Assembly: GCA_964246585.1 (NCBI GenBank)
Contig: CAXTRJ010000001.1
Span: 1-56,176, forward strand
DNA from: an uncultured Sphingomonas sp.
Lineage (GTDB): Bacteria > Pseudomonadota > Alphaproteobacteria > Sphingomonadales > Sphingomonadaceae
DNA length: 56,176 nt
Reading direction: 5' to 3'
The translations under genes and the position numbers were made by a program. Positions 19,380 through 29,867 of the stretch are shown piece after piece. Below the pieces are notes generated by a model. It ran no database searches and was not told the DNA's origin. It saw nothing but the letters and a program-made list of their open reading frames with translations. The stretch's first letter is position 1, and every line of letters begins with the position of its first letter.

Positions 19380-21539
19380 TTACGGTGTCAAGCTCTGGCT
19401 GGGCTCAACCGTCACGTCCTCGCTTGCGATCGCATCGATGGCATCCCTGCCGAGGGTCAGCCGGTAAGCGCCGGACGCGATCGACCAGCGGCCGCCGCGG
19501 CGACGCTCCAGCATACGCGGGTCGGTCTTGATCGTGATCCGCTGATCCTGGCCTGCAGCAAGGCTGACGCGGGCCCAGCCGACCAGTCGCGCGGGCGCCT
19601 TTTCAGGCCCGGTGAGATAGAGTTGCGGAAGCGCCGTGGTCGCCACTTTTCCCACGTTCCGGATCGTGACGCTGACGCTTGGAAGTGCGCCGCCAACGAA
19701 TTGGGCGTCGCGGTACTCCACGCGCGCGTAGCTAAGGCCATGACCGAAAGCGAAGAGCGGTGTTTCGCCTCGTTGGGAGAACCAGCGATAGCCGACATTG
19801 GCGCCCTCGACATAGTTGATCGGGCGAGCGGGGTCCGCCGGTCGCTCTCGCGGCAGTTGCGCGGAACCGCGCGGGAAGCTCAGTGGCAGCCGGCCACTGA
19901 AATCCAGGTCGCCGAACAGCAGCTTCGCCAGCGCCTCCCCGCCGCGCTGGCCGGGATACCATGCCGAGACGACCGCTGCGACCTGGTCGAGCCAGGGCAT
20001 CAGCACCGCGCCGCCTGTTTCCAGCACGACGACGGTTCGGGAATTGGCCTTTGCCACCGCCTCGATCAGGCCGTCCTGATCGTCGGGCAGCGAAAGGCTG
20101 CTCGGGTCCTGCGCTTCGGTCCGCCACTGCGTGGCGAAGACGATCGCGACATCCGCGTCGCGCGCGGCGGCGGCGGCGGCGACGGGGTCGCGTCCGTCAA
20201 GATAGTCGATCGTAACCCCGGGTGCCGCCGCACGAAGCGCTTGGAGCGGTGAGGACGCGTGCCAGGTAATCCGCGCGAACGTCTTCGCCACGCCTTCGGT
20301 TAGTGGCAGTTCGACCGGCACACCGCCGACCGAGCGGACCTGCGACGATCCGCCGCCCGAGAGCACCCCGACATCGGCACGCCCGCCGATCAGCACGATG
20401 CGCTTGGCCGTGCGCGCGAGGGGCAGAACACCGCGCTCGTTTCTCAACAGCACCATCCCACGCTCGGCGACGCGCTGCGCTACCTCGGCATGGGCGGCAT
20501 AGTTTATCCGCTGCGGCGTGGCCGGAACCGGATTGTCGTAAAGCCCGCTCGCGATCACCGCGGTCAGGATGCGCGTGACCATCTCGTCCAGGCGCTGCTC
20601 GGGCACGCGGCCGGCCTCGACCGCGGCGGCGAGCGGCTTCCCGAAGTAGATCTGCTTGTCGAGCTCCTGCCCCGATTGCTGGTCGAGTCCCGCCAGCGCG
20701 GCCGCCTCGGTAGAATGCACCGCGCCCCAGTCGGACATGACGAAGCCCGGATAGCGCCACTCGCCGCGCAGCACGTCCGTCAACAGCCAGCGATCCTCGC
20801 AGGCATAGACGCCGTTTATCTTGTTATAGGCGCACATCACCGATCCCGGTTGGCCGTCCTCGATGGCGATGCGAAAGGCGAGAAGGTCGCTTTCCTGCAG
20901 CGCATCGCGATCGAGCCGCGCGTCGAGCACGTCGCGCCCCGTCTCCTGAGCGTTCAACGCAAGGTGCTTCACGGTCGAGATGATGTGATTGGACTGCACC
21001 CCCGCGACGGACGCGCCCGCCATCACCCCGCTCAGCAGCGGGTCCTCGCCGAAATATTCGAAGTTGCGCCCTCCCCAGGCATCGCGGGTCAGGTTGACGC
21101 CGCCGGCGAGCAGCACGTTGAAGGTCTTCGCGCGCGCCTCGCTTCCGATCATCGCGCCGGCCGAGCGGGCGAGCGCGGGATCGAAGCTTGCCGCCAGCGC
21201 GAGCGTGCTCGGCAGCGCCGTCGCCGTATCGCCGGGGCGCTGCTCAAGATTGTTGGCGACGCCGAGGCTGGCATCGCTTTCGCGCAGCGCGGGGATGCCG
21301 AGCCGCGGGACGCCCGGCACATGCCCGGCCGCGTTGGCCATCCAGCGCGGCAGCGGCTTGCGATAAAACGGGAAGAAGCCGTGGACATATTGGAGCTTCT
21401 CGGCGCGGGGCATCTTGCGCACGATCGCCGCCGCCCGAGCCGCAGGGTCTCCAACCGGCTTCTGGGCGATCGCGGCCTGCCCGGGCAGCACGGCCGACAC
21501 TGCGCCGGCGAGCGCCAGCAGACCGGTGCGGATCCTCAT
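19380..21539 (-). CDS. Glycoside hydrolase family 3 beta-glucosidase, secreted
   Basis: Signal peptide; GRNFEYFGEDP, VKH, VMCAYN, VMSDW nucleophile, FGHGLSY, C-terminal Fn3-like region. Confidence 0.93.
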   Translation of the reverse strand: MRIRTGLLALAGAVSAVLPGQAAIAQKPVGDPAARAAAIVRKMPRAEKLQYVHGFFPFYRKPLPRWMANAAGHVPGVPRLGIPALRESDASLGVANNLEQRPGDTATALPSTLALAASFDPALARSAGAMIGSEARAKTFNVLLAGGVNLTRDAWGGRNFEYFGEDPLLSGVMAGASVAGVQSNHIISTVKHLALNAQETGRDVLDARLDRDALQESDLLAFRIAIEDGQPGSVMCAYNKINGVYACEDRWLLTDVLRGEWRYPGFVMSDWGAVHSTEAAALAGLDQQSGQELDKQIYFGKPLAAAVEAGRVPEQRLDEMVTRILTAVIASGLYDNPVPATPQRINYAAHAEVAQRVAERGMVLLRNERGVLPLARTAKRIVLIGGRADVGVLSGGGSSQVRSVGGVPVELPLTEGVAKTFARITWHASSPLQALRAAAPGVTIDYLDGRDPVAAAAAARDADVAIVFATQWRTEAQDPSSLSLPDDQDGLIEAVAKANSRTVVVLETGGAVLMPWLDQVAAVVSAWYPGQRGGEALAKLLFGDLDFSGRLPLSFPRGSAQLPRERPADPARPINYVEGANVGYRWFSQRGETPLFAFGHGLSYARVEYRDAQFVGGALPSVSVTIRNVGKVATTALPQLYLTGPEKAPARLVGWARVSLAAGQDQRITIKTDPRMLERRRGGRWSIASGAYRLTLGRDAIDAIASEDVTVEPSQSLTP

Positions 21540-21630
21540 TCGACCATTCCCCCTCGCTTGGTTCGCCAGCCGCCGGCACTCCGGCTTGCTATATATCGTG
21601 CTGCAATCCGCGCGACACTGCCTTGGTGCG

Positions 21631-21644
21631 ACTGTGATCACTAT
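21631..21644. promoter_or_regulatory. Operator-like ACTGTGATCACTAT in the divergent GH3/GH97 intergenic region
   Basis: 9/10 match to TGTGATCACA at 21633-21642. Confidence 0.5.
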
Positions 21645-21752
21645 CGTTGGAGCCCGGTCCGTTCAAGTGGTCGCCATGGGGCTTCCACCCAGCCGCTGAC
21701 GCTATGTTTTGCTATAGGCTACGTTCCTGCTCGAGAAAGGACGGTCACGCCC

Positions 21753-23706
21753 ATGTCCCTGTTCCTGCGCGCGCTCGCCGCTGTGATCTTAGTGTGCATG
21801 ACGCCCTCGTTCGCCCATGCGACGGTGATCGTACGGTCGCCCGACACTCGAGCGGCCGTGGCCGTGTCGCTCTCTCCGGGTGGCGTGGCGCGATGGTCGG
21901 TGACTTGGCGCGGTAGGGCCGTCCTCGATCCCGCGCCGATCGGCCTGCGCTTCGCCGGCACGCCGCGGCCGGCCCTGCAGATGACGTCCGTCGTGCGGCG
22001 ATCACATGACGGCATGGTCACCGGTCTGCTCGGGAAGGCGAGTTCGGCGCGCGATCGTTACAACGAGGCGGTACTGGCGTTGTCGGGCGGCCCCACGCCG
22101 CTCGAGCTGGTAGTCCGAGCCTATGACGACGGCGTGGCCTATCGCTGGCGGTTCCGCACGGCAGGCGCCTTCGAGATCGCCGACGAAGAAGCCGGCTTCG
22201 GCGTTCCATCCTCTGCCCGGACCTGGGTCGCGACGGCAAAGAACTTTACGTCGTCCTATGAGGAATATTACCGCGCCGACGGGCTGGCGAAGGCGGCGCC
22301 CGACGGTGCGCTGCTGACGCTGCCCCTGCTGGTCCGGCGCGGCGGCGCCTGGGCGGGGATCACCGAGGCGGCGCTGCACGACTGGGCCGGACTGTACCTC
22401 GTCCGGCGCGACGGTCGGCCGGGTCTCGGCTCACGGCTGTCGCCGCGGCTCGACAGACCCGGCGTCGCGGTCACCGGCGGCGCCGGCCTTCACGTGTCGC
22501 CGTGGCGCGTCGTGATGCTGGGTGATGCGGCGAGCCGACTAATCGAATCTAACCTCGTGACGCTCCTGAACCCGCCACCGGACGGGCGCGACTGGTCGTG
22601 GGTGGAGACGGGGAAGACCAGCTTTCCGTGGTGGAACGACTATGTCTGGCCGGGCCAAGGCTTCGTTCCCGGCCTGAACACCGCGACGATGAACGCCTAT
22701 ATCGATTTCGACGCGGACCACGGCATCCCGTTCCACACGCTCGATGGTTTCAAGGATCAGGCCTGGTACGACGGACCGATCGCGCCCGACGGAACCTTCC
22801 AGGACCTCACCCGCGCGCGCCGCGAGATCGACATGGACGAAGTCCTTGCCCGCGCGGCGCGCCGGGGCGTGCGCCTGCGGCTCTGGTGTCACTGGGTGCC
22901 GCTGCGCGCAGCTCGACGCGGCGCTCGACCAGTGGGAGAAATGGGGCGTCGCCGGGTTGATGGTCGACTTCATGGACCGTGACGACCAGGAGATGGTCGC
23001 CTTCTACGACGAGGTCGCGCGCAAGGCGGCCGATCGCCACTTGACCGTCGTCTTTCATGGTTCCCACAAACCGACGGGCGCAAACCGCACCTGGCCCAAC
23101 GTGCTGTCTTACGAGGCGGTGCGCGGCACCGAGTACAACAAGTTCGACGACAATCCCGGGAGCACGCCCGCGCACGAGGCGACGACCCCCTTCACCCGCA
23201 TGCTCGCCGGATCGATGGACGTCCATCAGGGCGGCTTCGACGCGGTCTCGCCCACCGCCTTCCGCAACCGGAACACCTCGCCGCAGGTGATGGGCACGCG
23301 CGCCCGCGCGCTCGCGACCTATGTGGTCCAGGAAAACGAGCTGCCGATGGTGGCCGACACGCCCGCCAATTACGTCGGCGCCACCGGCTTCGATTTCATC
23401 GCGCGGACGCCGGCGACGTGGGACGAGACGCGCGTGCTGGCCGGTGAAGTCGGCCAGTATGTCGTCATCGCCCGCCGAAAGGGCGCCGAATGGTGGCTCG
23501 GCGCGATCGCCGACGGGCGGGCTCGCACGCTCAACGTCCGGCTGTCGATGCTGCGCGGAGGCGACTGGACGCTCGACGGCTATGCCGATGCGGGCGCGAT
23601 CAACTCGGCCGAGCACGTGACCTCGCGGGTGAAGCCCGGCGCGACGCTGGTACTGCGGCTGGCGGCGGCCGGCGGCTATGCGGCGCGCCTGTCGCCGGTC
23701 GAGTGA
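21753..23706 (+). pseudogene. Glycoside hydrolase family 97, frameshifted near 22905
   Basis: RAYDDGVAYR, SYEEYY, SPWRV, YIDF..TLDG in one frame; GVAGLMVDFMDRDDQ, FHG, TWPN, EAVRGTE, PFTRMLAG, WDET in the next frame; junction ctgcgcgcag lacks one GC unit relative to L-R-A-Q. Confidence 0.85.
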
Positions 23707-23729
23707 TCGCGGGTACGGCGCGTGTGCCG

Positions 23730-24309
23730 TCATTCCAGCGTTGCGAGATTGAGAGCCACGTGGCGACATAGGGCGGGCAAGCGGTATCGCCGTCTCGATG
23801 GCCGCCAGCATGGGCGAGAGCCGACGATTGGCCGTGCCGTGGCGCGCACCAGGCGCGGTTCGCTGCGCATCCTGCGCGTTGCGAGGTTCGGCGCTGATGA
23901 ATCACTCGCCGACTTGTCGGGCCAGCGATCCGCCATGATCCCGCTCGATCAAGAGGATGGCGAGATTGAGCGCCGCCGTCGCTCCCGCGCACGTCATGCG
24001 ATCGCCGTCGATCACGTAGAGGCCCCGCTCGAGCTGAAGGTCAGGGAAATCGTTCTGCAGGGCGGCGGCATGCTCCCAATGAATGGTCGCACGCCGACGA
24101 CCCAGCAGCCCAGCGCGCGCCAGCAGATACGGACCGCCCGATACGCCGCCGATCGGAATGCCCCGTCGCGCCTGCGCCCGCAGCCATGCGAAGCAGGCCT
24201 TGTCGCGGAACGCCCTCGGGTCGCCGGCGGCGAAAACGAATAACCTGTCGCAAAGCAAGCCGATCCTAATCGGGCTTCTTTGCGAATTGTCCGTTTCAGA
24301 TACGGCCAT
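23730..24309 (-). pseudogene. GlxA-family (DJ-1/AraC) transcriptional regulator, degraded
   Basis: IRIGLL joined directly to CDRLFVFAAG (internal deletion); GGVSGGPYLLARAGLL..ATIHWEH, DGDRMTCAG; TGA at 23902-23904 at a Trp position; frameshifted HTH-like remnant LCRHVALNLATLE. Confidence 0.8.
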
Positions 24310-24386
24310 GTCGTATAGGGACAAGCCGCTCTCTGCATAAGCAGCTACGTTCTTCGTCCACTCCCGCCATATGGCGTCATACCCGG

Positions 24387-25640
24387 ATGCGATATTCGTT
24401 CCTCTCCCTCGCCGCGAAGGCGTTTGGCGGTCATCGCGGATGGACGCCGACATGGCGCGATGCAACGCCGGCGGACGGTTATGACGTCATCATCGTCGGA
24501 GGCGGCGGCCATGGGCTGGCGACCGCCTATTATCTGGCCAAGGTGCACGGCGTCCGACGCGTCGCGGTGATCGAGAAAGGCTGGATCGGCGGCGGCAATG
24601 CCGGCCGCAACACCACGATCATCCGATCGAATTATGGCCTGCCGGGCAACGAGCCGTTTTACGAGTGGTCGATGAAGCTGTGGGAGGGTTTGGAGCAAGA
24701 GCTCAACTACAACGCCATGGTCAGCCAGCGCGGCGTGCTCAACCTGTGTCATTCCGACGGCCAACGCGACGCCTACGCCCGGCGCGGCAACGCCATGCGA
24801 CTGCACGGCGTCGAAGCGCAACTCCTTGACCGGGACGGCGTGCGGCGGCTCGCGCCGTTTCTCAATTTCGACCATGCCCGGTTCCCCATCGAGGGTGGCC
24901 TCCACCAGGGGCGTGGGGGGACGGCGCGACACGACGCAGTGGTCTGGAGTTATGCCCGCGCCGCTTCCGCGCTCGGGGTCGACATCATCCAGAATTGCGA
25001 GCTGACCGGCTTCGTGCGCGACTCCTCGGGCGCGGTGGCGGGCGTGGAGACGACGCGCGGCGCCATCCGCGCGGGTAAAGTAGGCGTGGCGGTGGCGGGC
25101 AACAGCTCGCGGGTGGCGGCGCTGGCGGGACTGCGCCTGCCGATCGAGAGCCACGTGCTGCAGGCCTTTGTCAGCGAGGGACTGAAACCGATTCTCCCCG
25201 GCGTCATCACCGTCGGCGCCGGCCACTTCTACATCAGCCAGTCGGACAAGGGCGGGCTCGTCTTCGGCGGCGATATCGATGGCTATAACAGCTACGCCCA
25301 GCGCGGAAACATGCCCGTGGTCGAGGATGTGTGCGAGGGCGGTATGGCGGTCATGCCGATGATCGGCCGCGCCCGATTGCTGCGCAGCTGGGGCGGGATC
25401 ATGGACATGTCGATGGACGGGTCCCCGATCATCGACACCACCCCGATCCCCGGCCTCTATCTCAACGCCGGCTGGTGTTATGGCGGCTTCAAGGCCACGC
25501 CGGCATCCGGCTGGTGCTTCGCGCATCTGCTCGCCACCGATTTCGCTCACGAGACCGCCGGCGCGTTCCGGCTCAATCGGTTCCGCACCGGGCACCTGAT
25601 CGACGAAGCGGGCACCGGCGCCCAACCCAATCTGCACTGA
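24387..25640 (+). CDS. soxB: Heterotetrameric sarcosine oxidase family beta subunit (possibly N-methylglutamate dehydrogenase)
   Basis: GGGGHGLATAYYLA, GRNTTIIRSNY, ARHDAV, GWCYGGFKATP. Confidence 0.93.
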   Translation: MRYSFLSLAAKAFGGHRGWTPTWRDATPADGYDVIIVGGGGHGLATAYYLAKVHGVRRVAVIEKGWIGGGNAGRNTTIIRSNYGLPGNEPFYEWSMKLWEGLEQELNYNAMVSQRGVLNLCHSDGQRDAYARRGNAMRLHGVEAQLLDRDGVRRLAPFLNFDHARFPIEGGLHQGRGGTARHDAVVWSYARAASALGVDIIQNCELTGFVRDSSGAVAGVETTRGAIRAGKVGVAVAGNSSRVAALAGLRLPIESHVLQAFVSEGLKPILPGVITVGAGHFYISQSDKGGLVFGGDIDGYNSYAQRGNMPVVEDVCEGGMAVMPMIGRARLLRSWGGIMDMSMDGSPIIDTTPIPGLYLNAGWCYGGFKATPASGWCFAHLLATDFAHETAGAFRLNRFRTGHLIDEAGTGAQPNLH

Positions 25641-25653
25641 GGCACACGCGGCC

Positions 25654-25905
25654 ATGCGCATCCCCTGCCCCTATTGCGGCGATCGCGACGCCCGCGAATT
25701 CGTTTATCGCGGCGACGCCGCGCCCCGCCGCCCAGAAGACGAGGAAGGCTTTTTCGAGTACGTCTACCTGCGCGACAATCCCGCCGGGACGCTGCGTGAG
25801 CATTGGTATCATGCGCAAGGGTGCCGCAGCTGGATTACCGTGACGCGCGACACGCGCACGCACGCGATCCAGGGCGCGGAGCTCGCCACCGAGGCGGCGC
25901 GATGA
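25654..25905 (+). CDS. soxD: Sarcosine oxidase family delta subunit
   Basis: CPYCG, YLRDNPAG, WYH..GC..W..VTRDT. Confidence 0.93.
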   Translation: MRIPCPYCGDRDAREFVYRGDAAPRRPEDEEGFFEYVYLRDNPAGTLREHWYHAQGCRSWITVTRDTRTHAIQGAELATEAAR

Positions 25906-28853
25906 GCCGGCGCGACACCGGGGGGCTGATCGACCGATCGAAGCCGCTCTCCTTCACCTTCGACGGTAGGCGCCACGCCGGTTTCGAGGGCGATACGCTC
26001 GCCTCCGCGCTGGTGGCGGACGACGTGCGGCTGGTCGGCCGCTCGTTCAAATACCACCGGCCACGCGGCATCCTGACGGCGGGCAGCGAGGAGCCCAACG
26101 CGCTCGTCACCTTGCGCGGCGGCGCCCAAACCGAGCCGAACACGCGCGCCACGACGATCGAGCTGTTCGACGGACTGAAGGCAACCAGCCAAAACCGTTG
26201 GCCGAGCCTGCGCTTCGACATGATGGCGGTGAACCAGCTGTTCGCCCCGTTCCTGGTGGCGGGCTTTTACTACAAGACCTTTATGTGGCCGGCCGCCCTC
26301 TGGGAGAAGCTGTACGAGCCGCTGATCCGCCGCGCCGCCGGGCTTGGCCAGCTCTCGACATCGCCGGACCCGGACAGGTACGATCGCGACCACGGCTTCT
26401 GCGATCTGCTGGTGATCGGCGGCGGGCCTGCCGGCCTCGCCGCCGCGCTGACCGCCGGGCGCGCCGGACTGCGTGTCATCATCGCCGAGGAGGATGTTCG
26501 TCTCGGTGGGCGGCTGCTGGGCGAACGCCACGAGATCGATGGTGCCGAGGGCATTGCTTGGGCGGACGGTGCCGCCGCCGAACTCGCGGCGCTGCCTAAC
26601 GTGCGCGTGCTGATCCGCACCACCGTGGCCGGGGTTTATGACGGTCCGGAATATGTCGCCGTCGAACGGGTGTCGGACCATCTGCCGCGCCCGCCCGCCG
26701 GTCAGCCCCGTCAGCGGCTTTGGAAGATCGTCGCCCGGCGCGCGATCCTGGCGACGGGCGCGATCGAGCGGCCACTGGTGTTCGGCGGCAACGATCGACC
26801 CGGCGTGATGACCACGTCCGCCGTATCGACGTACGTTCATCGGTTCGCCGCGTTGCCCGGTCGCCGCGCGGTGGTCGTGACATCGAGCGACAGCGGCTGG
26901 CGCACCGCGCTAGACCTGCTCGACGAGGGGGTCGAGGTCGCCGCCGTGATCGATCCACGCGAGACGCCGCCGATACCCGTCGACGCGCTGCGCCGGGCAG
27001 GTACGGAAATCCTGCTCGGTGCGCACCTGACCGACGCGATCGGCGCGCCGGTCCGCAAGGTGGAGGTTCGGCTCGCCGACGGGCGCGTGCGGCGTCTTGC
27101 CTGCGATCTCGTCGCGATGAGCGGCGGCTGGAATCCGGCGATCGGCCTCGGCAGCAACATGGGCGCGCGTCCGATATGGTCGGAACCGGCGCAGACCTTC
27201 CTGCTCGACACGACATCGCCCGGCCTCGCGCCCGCCGGCGCGGCGGCGGGGCATTTCGCGCTGGGCAGGGCGCTGGATGATGGTGTCGCGCAAGCGGTCG
27301 CTGTCGCGCAGGCGCTGGGCAAGGCCGCGATCGCCCTTCGCTTCGTTGCGAGCGACGAGCCCGCGGGCGGGCGGCCGTTGTGGCATGTGCCGGCGCGGCG
27401 CAAGGCGTTCGTCGATTTCCAGCACGACGTGACCGACAAGGACATCGCGCTGTCCGCCCGCGAAGGGTTCGTCTCGATCGAGCATCTCAAGCGCTACACC
27501 ACGCTCGGCATGGCGACCGACCAGGGAAAGATCAGCCAGCTCAACGGACATGCGCTGCTCGCCGCCGCCACGGGCAAGTCGATCGCGGAAGCCGGCACCG
27601 TCATGTCGCGCGCGCCTTATCAACCGGTCGCGATCGGCGTGCTCGCGGGCCACCACCGCGAGGAGCATTACCGCCCCGAGCGCCGCACCGTCAGCCACGA
27701 CTGGGCCGCCGCACGAGGCGCGACCTTCGTCGACGCCGGCCTGTGGAAGCGCGCGCAATGGTTTCCACAGCCGGGTGACCGCGATTGGCTCGACACCGTT
27801 AATCGCGAGGTGTCGACGACCCGCTCCGGCGTGGGTATCTGTGACGTCTCGACGCTCGGCAAGATCGATGTCCAGGGGTCGGATGCCGGCGCTCTGCTCG
27901 ACCGGCTCTACATCAACACGTTTTCCACCCTGCCCGTCGGCAAGGCACGCTACGGCGTGATGCTGCGCGAGGACGGACTGGTGATGGATGACGGCACGGT
28001 CACGCGGCTGGCCGAGGACAGCTTCTTCGTCACCACCACGACGGTGAACGCCGCCCGGGTAATGCAGCATATCGATCACGCACGGCAGGTGCTGTGGCCG
28101 CGGCTCGACGTGCAGGCGACCTCCGTCTCCGAGCAATGGGCGACCTTTGCGGTGGCCGGCCCGCACGCGCGCGCCCTGCTCCAGAAGGCGTTGCCCGACT
28201 TCGACCTGTCGAACGAGGCCTTCCCGTATATGGCCGCATCCAGGTTCCGCTGGAACGGCTTGCCGGCGCGCGTCTATCGCCTCTCCTTTTCCGGCGAGCT
28301 GGCGTATGAAGTGAGTGTGCCCGCCGCGCACGGTGAGGCGCTTGTCCGTCACCTCTTCGAGATCGGCCGCGCCTTCGACGTCGTGCCCTACGGTGTCGAG
28401 GCGCTGGGCGTGATGCGCATTGAGAAGGGACATCCGGCCGGCGGCGAACTCAACGGCACGACCACCGCCGCCGATCTTGGCATGGCGCGGATGATGTCCA
28501 GGAAAAAGGATTTCATCGGCTGCGTCATGGCCGCCCGCCCGGGGCTCGCCGATCCGGCCCGGCCGGCGCTCGTCGGCCTTCGACCGGTCGACAAGACGGC
28601 CAAAATCCGCGCCGGCGCGCATCTGCTGCGGTGCGACGCGCCGCGGACGGCGGCTCATGACGAGGGCTACGTCACCTCCGCCGCGTGGTCGCCGACGCTC
28701 GGCCATGGCATCGCGCTGGGGCTGCTTGCGAACGGCCCCGCCCGGCATGGCGAGCGCATCGCGGTGCACGACCCGGTGCGCGGCGCCGATGTCGAGGCGG
28801 AGGTCTGCAGCCCCGTGTTCGTCGATCCCGAAGGAGTCCGGGTCCGTGGCTGA
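25902..28853 (+). CDS. soxA: Sarcosine oxidase family alpha subunit
   Basis: GDTLASAL, RSFKYHRPRG, GFYYKTFMWP, GGGPAG, KRYTTLGMATDQG, GcvT-like C-terminus. Confidence 0.93.
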   Translation: MSRRDTGGLIDRSKPLSFTFDGRRHAGFEGDTLASALVADDVRLVGRSFKYHRPRGILTAGSEEPNALVTLRGGAQTEPNTRATTIELFDGLKATSQNRWPSLRFDMMAVNQLFAPFLVAGFYYKTFMWPAALWEKLYEPLIRRAAGLGQLSTSPDPDRYDRDHGFCDLLVIGGGPAGLAAALTAGRAGLRVIIAEEDVRLGGRLLGERHEIDGAEGIAWADGAAAELAALPNVRVLIRTTVAGVYDGPEYVAVERVSDHLPRPPAGQPRQRLWKIVARRAILATGAIERPLVFGGNDRPGVMTTSAVSTYVHRFAALPGRRAVVVTSSDSGWRTALDLLDEGVEVAAVIDPRETPPIPVDALRRAGTEILLGAHLTDAIGAPVRKVEVRLADGRVRRLACDLVAMSGGWNPAIGLGSNMGARPIWSEPAQTFLLDTTSPGLAPAGAAAGHFALGRALDDGVAQAVAVAQALGKAAIALRFVASDEPAGGRPLWHVPARRKAFVDFQHDVTDKDIALSAREGFVSIEHLKRYTTLGMATDQGKISQLNGHALLAAATGKSIAEAGTVMSRAPYQPVAIGVLAGHHREEHYRPERRTVSHDWAAARGATFVDAGLWKRAQWFPQPGDRDWLDTVNREVSTTRSGVGICDVSTLGKIDVQGSDAGALLDRLYINTFSTLPVGKARYGVMLREDGLVMDDGTVTRLAEDSFFVTTTTVNAARVMQHIDHARQVLWPRLDVQATSVSEQWATFAVAGPHARALLQKALPDFDLSNEAFPYMAASRFRWNGLPARVYRLSFSGELAYEVSVPAAHGEALVRHLFEIGRAFDVVPYGVEALGVMRIEKGHPAGGELNGTTTAADLGMARMMSRKKDFIGCVMAARPGLADPARPALVGLRPVDKTAKIRAGAHLLRCDAPRTAAHDEGYVTSAAWSPTLGHGIALGLLANGPARHGERIAVHDPVRGADVEAEVCSPVFVDPEGVRVRG

Positions 28854-29349
28854 CCACTTGGCGATTACGGCGCGCGAAGGTCTCGGCATCGCGAGCGTGA
28901 TGGCGCGCAAGGGCGTCGACCGCGATGCGATCGGCGCGGCGCTGGGCGCGGACATGCCGTCGGGCCCGCGCGCAATCGTCGCCGGGACGCGTACCATCCT
29001 TGGCACCGGCCCCGGCACTTGGCTCATTTTGGCGGAAGACCCCGGTCTCGACTTCGCTGAGGCTCTGACACAGAAGTTGGCCGGCCTAGCCTCGGTCTCG
29101 GACCAGTCCAGCGGCTATGTCGTGCAACGGTTTTCGGGCCCGACGGCGCGCCTGTTACTCCAGCGCGGCGTCGCGATCGACCTCCACCCGGACGTCTTCC
29201 GCGCCGGCACGGTCGCGACGACGGTCATCGCCCATATCGGCGTGATCCTGTGGCAGGTCGATGATCGCCCGACCTACGACATCGCCTCTTCCCGCAGTTA
29301 TGCCGGGAGCTTCCGCCACTGGCTCGAACGGACTGCCGCCGCGCTATAG
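28846..29349 (+). CDS. soxG: Sarcosine oxidase family gamma subunit
   Basis: GPGTWL, VSDQSSG, AIDLHP..F, RSYAGSF; GTG start overlapping soxA stop. Confidence 0.88.
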   Translation: MADHLAITAREGLGIASVMARKGVDRDAIGAALGADMPSGPRAIVAGTRTILGTGPGTWLILAEDPGLDFAEALTQKLAGLASVSDQSSGYVVQRFSGPTARLLLQRGVAIDLHPDVFRAGTVATTVIAHIGVILWQVDDRPTYDIASSRSYAGSFRHWLERTAAAL

Positions 29350-29354
29350 GGGAT

Positions 29355-29747
29355 ATGATGGTCGCCGCGCATTTGCTCACTTTGTCGTGCCGCAATCGTC
29401 CGGGAATCGTCGCGCGCGTGACCGCCGAGCTGTTTCGCCAGAGTGGAGACATCAAGTAAGCGCACCAGTTCGACGATGTCGAGACGGGTCGGTTCTTCAT
29501 GTGCATCGTCGCCACCCTGCCGTCGGCGGGCCAGGCCGAGGCACTCGGCATATGCTTCGAAGCGGTCGCCGCCGAGCTCGAACTGGAATGCTGGCTCCGC
29601 CCGACCGACGCACAGCGCAAGGTGCTGATCGTCGTCTCGAAGTTCGATCACTGTCTCGTCGATCTGCTCTACCGCGCTCGCATCGGCGAACTGAGCATGC
29701 GAACGGTCGGCATCATCTCGCGGTTGACGCAGTCGCGATACAAGTGA
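29355..29747 (+). pseudogene. purU: Formyltetrahydrofolate deformylase, nonsense-mutated and truncated
   Basis: LTLSCRNRPGIVARV..DIK*AHQFDD..GRFFM ACT domain (TAA 29457-29459); VSKFDHCLVDLLYR..GEL..VGIIS, then similarity ends. Confidence 0.85.
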
Positions 29748-29867
29748 CATTCTCGCGTTGGTTGCCTAGGTTCGTTAATCCGCTTCGTCGAGGTCCTCGC
29801 CATTTCCGTCCCTTCACAGCCCACAGAAGCCGACGAGCCGGCGACCGGCTGCGCCGCCCCCGGCGTG

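Noticed and set aside
20490-21752. Long N-terminal extension on the GH97 ORF
   Set aside because: It is the antisense shadow of GH3; the signal peptide and RBS support ATG 21753.
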